Part shown: piece by piece, positions 51,035 to 63,965 of the stretch
How the letters are laid out: every line of letters starts with the position of its first letter
Numbering within the stretch: position 1 is the stretch's first letter
Assembly (NCBI GenBank): GCA_964016885.1
Contig: OZ024751.1
Coordinates: forward strand, 17,236,001-17,300,000
Direction of reading: 5' to 3'
From: Eledone cirrhosa
Lineage: Eukaryota
DNA length: 64,000 bases
Program-made: the position numbers and the translations under genes
Notes under the pieces: generated by a model
Seen by the model: the letters and a program-made list of their open reading frames with translations, nothing else
Databases searched by the model: none
What the model was told of the DNA's origin: nothing

Positions 51035-51224
51035 GAAGGAAATGTGGTAAGGAACCAGATGGACCATAACGCACCAAAGTACTCAATACTTAGGGTAGTA
51101 GAGTGGGTAATAGGAACGAGTAGGCCCCGACGGCTGAGCTCAAGCCGTTTCGACGGCTAATTCTGGACGGATTTAGCCGTCGAAACGGCTTGAGCTCAGC
51201 CGTCGGGGTCCTACTCGTTCCTAT
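51032..51224. mobile_element. Family C element with a 115-bp GC-rich palindrome (51110-51224) built from a hammerhead 3' half
   Basis: GACGGCTAA-loop-TTAGCCGTC-GAAA-CGGCT TGAGCTC AGCCG-TC-GGGG, mirrored on the left. (TA)n on both sides. Confidence 0.75.
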
Positions 51225-51341
51225 ATATATATATATATATATATATCAATCTATCTATTTCCCTCTTTCTCTATCTCTCTCTCTCTTTCTCTCTTTCTCT
51301 CCCTTTTTCTTTCTCTCCCTTTCTCTTTCTCTCTTTCTCCC

Positions 51342-51426
<85 letters not shown>

Positions 51427-51899
51427 ATATATATATATAATGTAAAGCGAGAGAGAGAGATCCGCGAACACACTCATATACATAGTAAAATATATGTATG
51501 TATTTTGAGAGGACATATCTAAATAGAGATGTTTGTTTAGGCATGGAAGCATCAAACTCAATTACCCTTTGACCCCATTTTTATTGCTTTCTAAACAATG
51601 TGTAATAAAATAGTGTCTAAATATTTTCAATCCCTCATATGACCAATTAAATATTAAAACATCTTCTGACAAAGTGAAACGCCGCAATACTAACCATGTA
51701 TTTTTACCTAAGTGGCTTTGATTCGTGGAAGCACGTATCTTGGTGCTTATTGTGTTCAATGTTACGTTCGTGTATCTATGGTTGAATTACACTCCCGGCT
51801 TGACGTCGACTCTTTCAGCAAGACACTTTATTCACGTTACCATACACACACACAGCAACACGCACAAATATACGCGCGCACAAAATATTAAAGCACCCA

Positions 51900-51956
<57 letters not shown>

Positions 51957-52114
51957 GACCAAACAAATTTATAGTGCTTATTCACCTGACATTCAACAAC
52001 TAACCAAATCACGAACGCTCTATCTCAAAATTATTTTGGAAAAGCATTTGAAAAGCGCAACCGGTAAAAAACTTAAAACTAACACTGAATACTAACCATT
52101 ACTTATTACTAAGA

Positions 52115-52304
52115 GGGCGGTGGATTGGCAGTATTGGTAGAGGGTCGGACGCCATGCTTTGACGTATAGAGTTACGGCCCTTGCCATTCTGAGTTCAAAT
52201 CCCGCCAAGGTTAACTTTGCCTTTCATCCTTACGGGGTCGATAAAATAAAGTACCAGTAATGCACTGGGTAATTTCTGGCCTTGTGCCTAACGTAGAAAC
52301 AATT
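52115..52304 (+). mobile_element. Full-length Meta-type SINE
   Basis: A/B boxes, core and tail; close to the 11755 copy. Confidence 0.92.
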
Positions 52305-52446
52305 CCTTATTCCTAATTAAACTATTTTTTTCTGGAAATATATATATATATATATATAATGTAGGAGGTGAGTTTTATTGTAGCACAATAAAGCAATGAA
52401 AATGTCGGATAAGTAGCACTCTACAGTCTGTAGGACTGGAGTATAA

Positions 52447-52590
52447 ATAATATAAGATCAAAAGCTGGTTAAAAGAGTTCCAAGTATTTTATTATGCGCA
52501 TTTCAAAAACAAATATCATCATGGGATGATATTTGTTTTTGAAATGCTCATAATAAAATACTTGGAACTCTTTTAACCATCTTTTGATCT

Positions 52591-52598
<8 letters not shown>
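52447..52598. repeat. 152-bp palindrome adjoining (TA)n, containing GAAA-TGCGCA-TA
   Basis: ATAATATAAGATCAAAAG... and ...CTTTTGATCTTATATTAT, with a 4-nt loop ATGG. Confidence 0.9.
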
Positions 52599-52671
<73 letters not shown>

Positions 52672-53116
52672 TATATCAAATTAGAAAATATGAGGAAATA
52701 ATAAACATAAATATACCTATTTTTCTCTTCAAAGTCTCGCTCGACTGCAGTTTCGCCCATCCGTGTTTAATGATATCTGCACTATAAAAGTGCATCATCC
52801 TTGTGAGGTTAATGCGGTTATCAAGAGCCCCTTCAGAAAAAAGGACTGTTTCGTGACGCCTTCATAGCAAGTGAGTGAGAAAATCTCGAGATGGGGTATT
52901 GAGGAACTAACACGTGATATAGTGGTAAAAAAAGTACTGTTTCTTTAGTAACAAGTGTGAATTTCTCGAGAGGCGGAGGTAGATATCAGCACACGATAGA
53001 GTGGTCACAGACGGGTAGTCAGGTGGATAGTGAGTGAATAACGTATTTTCTAGAAAAATCGGTTAGTACAGTCCTTGGTTAACTCGACCATAGGTGAGTT
53101 TGAGAAAATATAATAA

Positions 53117-53333
53117 TGGTTTATTATATAGGCACAGGGCCACTAATTTGGTGGGTGGGAAAAGTCGATTAAATCGACCCCAGTGCGCGACTGGTACTTT
53201 ATTTTATCGACCCCATAAGGATGAAAGGCAAAGTTAACCTCGGCGGGATTTGAGCTCAGATCATAAAGAGCCGTAACTCTATGCGGCAAAGCATGGCGTC
53301 CGACCCTCTACCGATACTGCCAATCCACCGCCC
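53117..53333 (-). mobile_element. Full-length Meta-type SINE (long-tail variant)
   Basis: Minus-strand A/B boxes and core, with an extra GGGGTCGATTTAATCGAC segment. Confidence 0.9.
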
Positions 53334-53589
53334 TCAGAGCCGATATAACAATGAACTACACACACATGTTCACATGTATATTTGTGCGTGTGCCGACCTC
53401 CTTAACAAGTTTGGCTTGATAACCGAAACATTTAAAATAATCAAAACAATTAAAATAATACAATAATTAGAGCTATTTATCCCATTACAAAATATGGGGA
53501 AATAATAGACAAAAATATACCCTTTTTTTCCTTCTAATTCCCGACTTTATATATATAGTCGGGAATATATATATATAAATTTCGTATTT

Positions 53590-53800
53590 CTAAAGAAACA
53601 CGGTATTTAGCAAGCCGTAGCTTGGTCCCTAGGGCATTGAACATTTGAATTTTTTTTTAGGGGGGGGGGCTCAGAACACTCAATATGACCATAAGTATTA
53701 CATGTGTAAAGTTTGAAAACAATCGGTTGGGAGGTTCTCGAGTTTTAGTGATTGTACAGACAGTCAGACAACCAGACATTCTCTGTTTTAGTAATATAGA
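53590..53800 (-). mobile_element. Probable non-autonomous Helitron
   Basis: The minus strand begins A|TCTATATTACTAAAA...GTCTGGTTGTCTGACTGTCTGT...AACCGATTGTTTTCAAACTTT, a typical invertebrate Helitron 5' end. It ends with an ACGG...CCGT hairpin before a degenerate CTAG. Confidence 0.55.
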
Positions 53801-53986
53801 TTAATTAATGCACGTGGAGTTTTATAAACAAATTAGATATATAGAATTGTTTCCCCTTGTTCTTCAATTAATTATATTTTCCTTTCTGTATTCGTCTCAA
53901 TTATTCGCGCCGACTCATTTCTAACTGCTGATTTCTATCCTTTGAGTGTGTGTGTGTGACAGCTCACACCTATGCAGGTTTAGCTT

Positions 53987-54192
53987 GCCTCCTCCAAGGT
54001 ATATCTCGTTGGAGGTGTCTTGGGTAATTTAATGATAGGAACCCAAGTCCTATCATCTCATTTCTACAGCTGAGTAAACTGGAGGAGCGTGAAATAAAGT
54101 GTCTTGCTCAAGGAAACAACACATCAACCGGTCCGAGGATTGAACTCACAAACTTTCGATTGCAAGCCCAATGCTCCAACCACTAAGCCATG
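53987..54192 (-). mobile_element. CORE-type SINE
   Basis: Near-identical to 15299-15512. Confidence 0.8.
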
Positions 54193-54434
54193 AGTCAAAG
54201 CTTTGAGTTAAAAACTTTATCCAATGCCACTTTGACATCATTTTGCTATTTTAACGGCTTTCTTTCGCCGAGTTTTCCCATTTTTCTACGAATTATTTTA
54301 GACTATTTATCGAACCTTGTCACAAGATCGTTATTTCATGAACTGTTGGCAACGATGTACATCCATAAAGATAACATTTATTCTGAAGTATATATTTTTC
54401 TGCTTGATTCCGGAATGAGATCTTAGGATTTAAT

Positions 54435-54652
54435 AATTGTTTCTACTTTAGGCACAAGGCCAGCAATTTGAAGGGGAGAGGAAAGTCGATTAAATCGATC
54501 CCATTGCATTACCGGCGCTTTATTTATCGACCACCTAAGAATGAAGGGCAAAACTACCCTCGGGGGGATTTGAATTCAGAACGTAATGGGCCGTAACTCT
54601 ATGCTGCAAAGCATATTGTCCGACGTTCTATCGATACTACCAACCTATCTCC
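54435..54652 (-). mobile_element. Meta-type SINE with a 17-bp TSD
   Basis: TCTTAGGATTTAATAAT at 54421 and 54654. Confidence 0.88.
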
Positions 54653-55899
54653 TTCTTAGGATTTAATAATGGATGCTTTTTCTTACATTCTAATATAAAC
54701 ATAAATCCAAATTTGGATTGAAATATCACGTATACATGCAATTGGTTGCATGTCTAGTAGAATTGAAACTCATAGTGTGGAATTGAGAATCGGATATTAT
54801 TATATTGCACGTCACTGTATTTATAACTGAAAATGCTTTCGAAAATAAGCATAATAGTTTTAATAAAAGAATGCATACGTAAAGCCTTGCTTGACTGTTG
54901 TGTTGATTTGATGTTCATTAGTTATTTAAATGGTTTCATTGTATGACTTCATATATAAAAGTTGCATGTTACATTTGAGTTGCCATATAGATGTTACATC
55001 TAAGTGCATTATCAGACCCTATGTACATATTTAGGAGGAATGATGAAAAAGCTTTTATGGGATATTATATACAATTAAGTTGTTGTGTATTGTCGAGTTC
55101 TCTAAGTTCAAATACTTAATAAAGCCGAATATACCTTCTTGTTATTTGCCTGAGAATGTTTCATTGACGTAAAAGTAATTTGTTTGATATAAAAGAATAG
55201 AACTGATTGGTTACGGAAGGTTGAAAGCCAACGAGAGACTGAATGAAATGCACTGAAATTTAATGAGATGGAGTTTGAAGAAGGGTACGAATGAGGTGGA
55301 GGGAGATTAGCTGACTATGTTTCTGTTAAGTTTCGCTGGTGTGGGCTGGGTATACACGCATTTAATTCCTTTGTAGTTTACGCATTTAATTCATTTGTAG
55401 TTTAAGTGTATTCGAACTCTCATTGAAATATTTTAAATAGGTTCTCTTTCATTAAGGATTGTAGGTTACACGATTGACCATTTAACATTTTCATTTGAGT
55501 ACATTCGTAAGTGTTACCATACCCGTTGTATGGTTTAGCGCTTTTATTCAACTTGATTGTAAGGCTTTCAAATGTTTCAATCATACAACAATCAGAGGAA
55601 CATTGACAAGCATTTGCTTCTATATCTGAACGAATGGCTTACACGTTTGTATCAAGCATTCAATGAATTTCAAGCGAGTCTGATACCTTTGTTTCATACG
55701 ACTAGTTGTTGATTCATCGGTCCTGTACACTAGTCTCTTCAAAAGGTATGTATTACTAACAGGACAGTTAGTTATACAACTAGAGCTATATTTCTATTAG
55801 AAAGATTAGGTATGATCTCTGGCAAACATATTCGTTTAGCGAAATTAGATTCTGATTCATTGAGGCATATGATTGCTCACCATCTTAACTATTATAAAG

Positions 55900-56145
55900 A
55901 AAGGAGTGCGGGACTGCGTGCGGGACTGCGTGCGGTTTATTTCTTTTAATCCAGTTAGTATAAGTTGGATTACTTTGAATAAATAATGAATGAATATTAC
56001 ATAATTTATCTACTAAATTTCGTAGCTGTTGATTAAATATATATTATTGTTTATTTAAAGATTCACTTCTTTAACATTTTCAAATGTCAGCATTTCCTGT
56101 TAGTAATCCCTTAAATAAACATTCATATATTTCCGTCACTAATTT
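55900..56145 (-). repeat. Dispersed repeat; empty-site paralogue of 16445-16825
   Basis: Reverse-complement match that lacks the SINE. Confidence 0.8.
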
Positions 56146-56998
56146 TCTCCTAATGAAGTTTATATATAATTTCGTCTTTTTTTTAATGTATCATGGATTA
56201 CGTTACTGATTACATACGAGAGTGTAACACAGTCCTCGTTCAATTTCTGTGTATATTGTCAATTACGATTTTATTTGATGTATCATATCTATATGTATAT
56301 ATATATATACTTGCGTATAATATCAATATGCACACTACACATGCTAGCAGAAAACCGCCCGAGGGTGGTTTTTCTGCTAGTTTAACTTAATGTCATGTTA
56401 GACATGAAACTGTTTTCACTACATATTTCTCAACGCTGCATTTTTTTCCTATTCAAATATAAATGAATGAAATCTGTGCTATGAAGATACGAAGTTGTAA
56501 CTACTTTATTTTAATCAACTCTGAAAGAATTTAAAAGAAATATATATCTCAGTTCGAAGAACTGTGCAACATTCAGGTAATCAAGATTGTCCGGTGTTAG
56601 ACATTGTTTCCACTGATGTTTCCTATCATTAAGACAATCTAAAAATAATGTAGTTTCGATTGATACACATTACTTAGCTTCGTTTAAATGAATGTACACA
56701 ATTACGCACACACACATACATACACACGCACTCACACACACGCACATGCACATACACAGGGACAAGTACACACACGCGCACATATGTGTGCGTGTGTGCC
56801 TATATATATGTATTTATATATATATATGTTTATATATATATGTTTATATATATATGTGTGCATATATGTTTGTATATATATATATATATATATGTTTATA
56901 TATATATGTTTATATATATATGTGTGCATATATGTTTGTATATATATATATATATGTTTATATATATATGTGTGTATATATGTTTGTATATATGTTTG

Positions 56999-57037
<39 letters not shown>

Positions 57038-57040
57038 ATA

Positions 57041-57123
<83 letters not shown>

Positions 57124-57389
57124 TTGTAATTGTGCATACATATGGGTGTTTTTATGTGTAATAAATGAGATGGTGAAGTGAGGGGGGTGGATGGTTTTAA
57201 AAGCTAAGGGATGATCTTGAATGACACACCAAGGAAATTAATTAAATTCTGTTGTTGTACATCCACCGAATTAATTGCTGGTGAGTTCTACACAAGATAC
57301 TAATTAATTTGGCTGAATCTTAAACTATCTGGAGACCGACATCATGTAATGAAATATGGAAACGGTGTTATTTTATAGCAGTTACATGT

Positions 57390-57535
57390 TGATGATTGTG
57401 ATGATGATGATGACGGTTATGTTGGTGAGAATGATGACGATGTTGATGATGATTATGGTGGTGTGAATGTTGGTGATGATGATGATGATGATTATGTTGG
57501 TGATAATGATGATGTTGATGATTATGTTGGTGAGA

Positions 57536-57571
<36 letters not shown>

Positions 57572-57805
57572 ATGGAGGTGAGAATAATGATGATGATGAT
57601 GATGATGATTATGTTGGTGAGAATGATGATGTTGATGATTATGTTGGTGAAAATGATGATGGTGATGATGATGATGATGCTTATGTTGGTGAGAATGATG
57701 ATGATGATGATGATGATTATGTTGGTGAGAATGATGATGATGATGATGATGATTATGTTGGTGAGAATGATGAGAATGATGATGTTGATGATTATGTTGG
57801 TGAGA

Positions 57806-57838
<33 letters not shown>

Positions 57839-57875
57839 ATGTTGGTGAGAATGATGATGATGATGATGATGATTT
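57390..57875. repeat. (GAT)n-based minisatellite with a TATGTTGGTGAGAAT spacer
   Basis: Direct reading; decays into GAT-rich sequence to ~58290. Confidence 0.95.
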
Positions 57876-59610
57876 TATGGTAGCGAGAAGGATGCTGATG
57901 ATGATGATGGTGATGAGAATGATGATGATGATGATGATGCTGATGATGATTATAGGGGTGAGAATGTTGATGGCTAAGGTTGTGAGAGTGATGATGTTGA
58001 TGATGATTATGGCGATGAGAATAACGATGATGATAGTGATAAATTTGGTGAGAATGACTATATGTTTGTGGCGATGGTCTTGAAGATGATTTTGATAACG
58101 ATGACGATGATGATAACGACGTCGACGACGATGAATCAGGGGGAGGGCGGGGGGCTGGTTGCTGGGAGGATATTGATGATGAAGGATGATCATTAGGGCT
58201 ATGATTTTGATGAAGATGGTAATGATGATGATATTCATATCGTCGCCTTGGTGATAATAATGGTGATGTTGAGAATTACGATGTTGTTGACTATGATATA
58301 GAGAGTTACAAGGCGAGGCGAGGGGTGGAGGATGACAGCCTGGTGAATGGGGGCGAGGAGTAGTATGTATATGAAGAGTAGGAGTTCCTTAAACCTTTGG
58401 TCTTTATTGAGCTCACATTTCGGGATTAATATTCAACGTTTACAATGCAATAACCTCTTATATTCATGTTTGTACATTTGAAAGTGTTTATTTGCCTGTT
58501 TGCACATGTGCCTATGAAGCTAAATAAATTGATCTAGACAACAATGAGATGAGGCTTAAGTATTCTACTGTATTCTACTGCAAATAGTACAATACACTTT
58601 ATATTGACATTACACCCAAAGAAAAGTAATCCTTAATTACGGTGACGCGAAGGTGGGAAATATCCATACAACGACACCGAGCTGACTTAAAAATACAGCG
58701 CCATATTTGATACCGTGTTTAATGCATATAGATATGGTAGAACGAAAACTAGAAGAGATGCGATTATAAATAAGTTTCGTCGAGACAGGGTTTAAGCAAA
58801 AGTGAATAAATAAGTCAGTAAATAAGTCAATAAATAAATGTATAAATAAATGTATAAATAAATAAATAAATAAATATAAACAACATATGTAAAATCAATA
58901 CATTTCCAGTGATACCAGGTTTCACGTATCGTATCATTTATCATTTGAGATTTTATTTAATATTCAGTTTACCTTGAAGGCAAGTAATGACGCTGTAATT
59001 CACTAGATTCATTCATAGAGGCATAAGTTGCAGATGTTGGGCAATTCTTAATTAAGTTACCACATGGTGTTCATATTTCCAACAGTGGTAAACTTGTGCA
59101 TTCGGCGACAGACTCCAGTTCCGTTACCCGATAAACGGAAGATCGCATGCTGTTGAAGTATTGACCCAATTTCGATAGTTTTGTGGTTAAATCTTTAGGG
59201 GTGGAAACCCCCATAGCGTTCTTTGTCTACGCATCATTTTCATACTCACTGCTATCGGGACGGCATTGGCCACCCACGAGTTTCATATAGAAATGACTTC
59301 TACAGGACTAAATCTAAATTTCAAGCATTTCAAATCAACGCGATATATTGGTTGATTTCAAGCGAATGAAACAGTTTTAGTCTTGTATGAGTGTTTGATC
59401 ACGTATAATAGGGCAATGTATCTGATTGATCTGGGCAATGTATCTGACTGATCTGACTGTTATTGTCATGCCAGCTTTTCATAATATAAGCAAATGAATT
59501 TCAAATATTAAAATATATCAGCCCCCCTCCCCACCACATCCACTCTCTCTCTCTCTCACACACACGCATATATATATAAATATGTATGAATATATTCATG
59601 CAATTATATA

Positions 59611-59696
<86 letters not shown>

Positions 59697-59698
<2 letters not shown>

Positions 59699-59813
59699 GA
59701 AGGCGCCTGGTTGAGTGGTTAGAGAATTGGATTCACAATCGTGAGGTTGTGAGGTCAATTCCCGGACCGGGTGATGCGTTATGTCCTTTGAGCAAGACAC
59801 TTTATTTTCACGT
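59697..59813 (+). mobile_element. CORE-type SINE 5' part
   Basis: GTGAAGGCGCCTGGTTGAGTGGTTAGAG...CCCGGACCGGG...TTGAGCAAGACACTTTATTTTCACG. Confidence 0.75.
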
Positions 59814-60356
59814 ACGTTGTTCCTTCTACACGGAGTTGCGACCGATAGACAGTATCAGCAATTGGGAAGAGCAATGGAAACCTTATTTCTTCGGTCCAAT
59901 TTCACGAAAGTCGATCGCCTGTCGATATTTATGTGTATGTATGTGTATTTGTCTGTGTCTTCATTTTCTTTTTCTCGTCTATCTTACTATCTCTCAATCT
60001 CCCTAACTTTCAAAAGTTCACATATTTTTTGGCTACACCAAGACATAAAATAATATATATCATTTTTCTCTATTTGACCTATTGTGCTTTTTCTGTTGAT
60101 TTTTCGCATAAAAACTCTTCTCACACACACTCTCACACACACTCACACACACACTCACCACACACACTCAAAGATATAAACAACAAACTCAGAGATCTAC
60201 ACTCGTGTTCACAGACATTCCGACACCCTTCTAGAAATACTCACATACACACAGCTATGCACACAAACTCATAGAAATACACACATATTCACAGGCATAC
60301 TCACACACATGCACGCAAACACGCGCACACACGCACACACGCACACATGCACACAT

Positions 60357-60387
<31 letters not shown>

Positions 60388-60423
60388 CATTTATATATAT
60401 ATATATATGTATATATATGTATA

Positions 60424-60469
<46 letters not shown>

Positions 60470-60496
60470 ATAATAAATGTATATATATATATAATA

Positions 60497-60572
<76 letters not shown>

Positions 60573-60726
60573 TAATAAATGTATATATATATAATCATGC
60601 ATATACGTAATATTTATAATGAAATAAATTGTAAATATACAGGAAATTTCAATACTGTATTAATATAGGCAGACCTATCGTATTTTTGTGTATAAATCAA
60701 ATTTGATATTAGATTATTGATCTTTG

Positions 60727-60794
<68 letters not shown>

Positions 60795-61266
60795 GATCAG
60801 ATTGAAATGTAATAGACTTTCTGATTTTTCTCTCACCATATCTGATTTATTATCGTATACATCAAGATAAGTTCTTTATTACGGGGTGAAATAACCAGGA
60901 TCGGTGACGTTGTTTCAAAATAAAATATAGATTGTATCCTGGAAATAAATAGGACTTTGACATGAAAATGAAGAAAACATAGGATAAATTATCCGCAGAA
61001 ATTAAATTTCAAAAGGAATTGCATTTATTGTTCTTTCTATAAAAAATGGTGATTTCAAAAATATAATATAAACGAGATAACAAAAAAACAACAACACAAA
61101 TCAACAAGATAACAATACCGATTGATTTGATATTTTGATGTTTTAGCTAAACAACGTACTTAATTGTAATACTATGAATAGTGACGTAGTTAGAAATGAG
61201 TTTATAATGAAATCAATAGAAAGAAACAGCCTGAAATCTCATTAAACTGTAGCAATCTATAACAAA

Positions 61267-61607
61267 CACGGGGGTGGCTGAAAACTTCATACACTGACCA
61301 AGATACTATGCTCCTGACATTTCATCAAACGTTAAGATTGCTTGACTAATCCCGGCAACTTTATCTTATTGTCAGTTTTTGTGGAGAATTGTCGTCATAT
61401 TCATTTCTTCTTTCATATAACTGTAGTTCATAGGTTGACAAAGATACTCTCATAGAATGACCAAATGACGTTTATATCCAACATAGTTCATGGAAAGAAA
61501 CAACTCATGTATTAATAAGAATAGTTGAAATTAATACATGCAAGATTTCACAGCTCTAGCATCATTCCTTCATAATCAATTTATGAACTTTTTAGTCAAC
61601 CCTCGTA
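61267..61607. mobile_element. Mariner-type MITE, third copy
   Basis: Ends CACGGGGGTGGCTGAAAACTTCAT and ATGAACTTTTTAGTCAACCCTCGTA, with shared internal sequence. Confidence 0.7.
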
Positions 61608-63243
61608 TTATGACACAGTTGGACGAATGGTTAAGAAGGTCTCTTTGTAATTATAAGCTCCCGGCTCGATAACAGTGCCTGACATTTTTGCCATTTTCCA
61701 TATACCATAATTTTAGGCTGGCCAATGACCTTTGATTAAAATATAGTAGAGGGAAATGTTTGGAAGCATGTCGACTGGACAATACTTGTCATTGCAAGGA
61801 TCAGTCTCGTTAGACACTCTGTATCAAACTGCTTATTTCTGTGACGTATATTTAGGGTACAGCTTTCTGTCGAATGCCCATTCTCTTACACGTTCATTTA
61901 AAGAGCATATTATTCCATAATAGAACAACAGAAACACCCATCGGTTAAATCTACTGCTGTCCTTTCCCCTCTTTATAAGCCTTGTGTAATATTTCAAATT
62001 ATTGTGTTAGGAGTTTACCTTCTTTTACTATGATCAAAGTTAAGTTACAAAGAAAACAAAAGCAAAAAAAAAAAAAAAAGGAAACACCAAACGCTCTGAA
62101 CAGTTCGAGATACATTCAACATTTCACCTGTCCTGGCATGGCTTGTTGCCAAATGATATAGGACCTGGCAACTCTGCTTTTTATTTTTTCTGGGTCTCGT
62201 TAAAAATTGGACCAGCTCCGTATTGCGTTCGATCCTTATATCTCTTTCTTGTTGCCGTTCTCTCTTTATTTCTCTCTCTCTCTCTCACACACACACAGTC
62301 TCGATCTCTCCTCTCAATCACCTGTGTACAGACCTGGGATATGTTTCGGCAAATTCAAAGTTCCTAATACTTACTGTATATCACCACTGCAGCCCTACAA
62401 CTCTATGATGAAATACGAGCCTATAAACATGTTACTAACTGATATAGAACGTAAATTTCCCATCTAACATTCAACATTTAACAGCATTGCACGAGCAGCG
62501 TTATAACAATACATTCCATGTTACATGATCTTTTCAAAAATCCCACCTCTTTCGTTTGAAATAAATTGTGTGGGTAAAGATTGTCGCCGAGAATATATAT
62601 GGCAGTTTCTTTCTTATTCACAATTGACATATGAAAGATTCGAACATATTCAGTTATTGAGCTAATTTATAGTCAGCTAGGAAACAATCATCTTCGATTG
62701 AAGCTAACGGCATGCCATTAAAAAGTTCTAATACGTTTTTCTAATATGGATTAATCTCAATGCCCTTAATTATATTATAAGCATTACATTATAAGCATTT
62801 TCTCACGGATTACACTTGCTATACAACTCTTGAATATTTTTGTTAGTTCTAGTTGTGCTAAACGAATGATATTTAACGTGCATGCTAGAAGAAACGTCAT
62901 ATGCTTTGATATGGTTATAATGAGAACAGTGTACAGCACTGTGATTTTCATAAAAGAACTTGGTTCTGAATAGAAGTGTTTTAAATTACAGGACAGGAAT
63001 TTTAGCCGAAGGTTGAATTGAGGAGGAACTTTTGTCTCGGACAGAATCCTCACTGGAATGTATAGTATACATTGTGTATATATAAGAAACGGTTTACCAA
63101 TATACCCAACTAGATTGTACATTGAGTATATACACCCATCTATAGTGTATACTGAAATTAAGGGCCGAAACACGCGCCTGATGGATTTTTTCTCTGAAGA
63201 CATGGTGTGCAGTTCTTCAGAAAATTTCTAGCCACCCCGCCTG

Positions 63244-63276
<33 letters not shown>

Positions 63277-63279
<3 letters not shown>

Positions 63280-63884
63280 AGGTCACCTGTTGGTGCTACT
63301 GGTAACATGTATCCCAGTACAACCTGTCTCATGGTCGGGTCGTTGGCGACTAAACTGGCAACTCCACCAAGGTTTCTTGGTGAGGAGGGTGACTTTGGAC
63401 ATCCTGCAGGACTAAAAACAAAACCTGTCAAAGGGAAAAGGAGCTCTTAAGAGTCAATGGCCATCCGAAATCACCGGGAGAGATGACCCCTTAGCCTTTA
63501 TCAAGGCAGAATTCTAGGAGAAGGAAAACTCTGATATAACACCAGCAACCCTGATGGTATCCAATGATGTTGACTTGTTTTTCTTTTTGGTAAATATCAT
63601 CTTGGTTAAGAGAGTGGGACTGGCTTTGTGCAGAGCCTTTGCTCACTGTAAAAGCTTCACGGCACAGGCATTGCTTTATATCTGGAGATCTCTCTGCACT
63701 TGTCGTCACATGTTACCATGGGCCCAGCACTATGTGTCAATAATTGTCACAAGTGTAGTGTTTGTACCAGAGTTTTCAAGTCGCTGGCTGGACTAAAAAG
63801 TCACACTCGTTCAGCGTATCGGTAGGGGTTCTCCTACATGGATATAAAGTAGTGGCCGTACTCGAGAGCGAGTTGGCAGCCACC

Positions 63885-63885
<1 letters not shown>
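63277..63885 (+). mobile_element. Probable 5' UTR fragment of an RTE-clade LINE between (TA)n tracts
   Basis: GC-richer island containing CTAGGAGAAGGAAAACTCTGA, a motif I recall from RTE 5' regions. No coding sequence is present to confirm. Confidence 0.45.
63303..63358 (+). ncRNA. Candidate HDV-like ribozyme, partly decayed
   Basis: The order fits the HDV double pseudoknot: P1 AACATG/CATGGT, P2 CCAGT(63314-18)/ACTGG(63354-58), P3 ACA/TCT (1 mismatch), L3 ACCTG with CC pairing to GG(63337-38), P4 TCG-TTGG-CGA, J4/2 CTAA(63350-53). Confidence 0.5.

Positions 63886-63965
<80 letters not shown>

Noticed and set aside
57463-58083. Asp-rich ORF resembling acidic biomineralisation proteins
   Set aside because: It is a (GAT)n-derived array with no signal peptide, and it drifts into a poly-Met frame. 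It cannot be supported without RNA data.
59050-59300. GC-richer unique stretch with splice-like signals
   Set aside because: No recognisable protein in the frames I translated.
62784-63203. 139-aa minus-strand ORF
   Set aside because: No motif or domain is recognisable, and it is compatible with a chance ORF.
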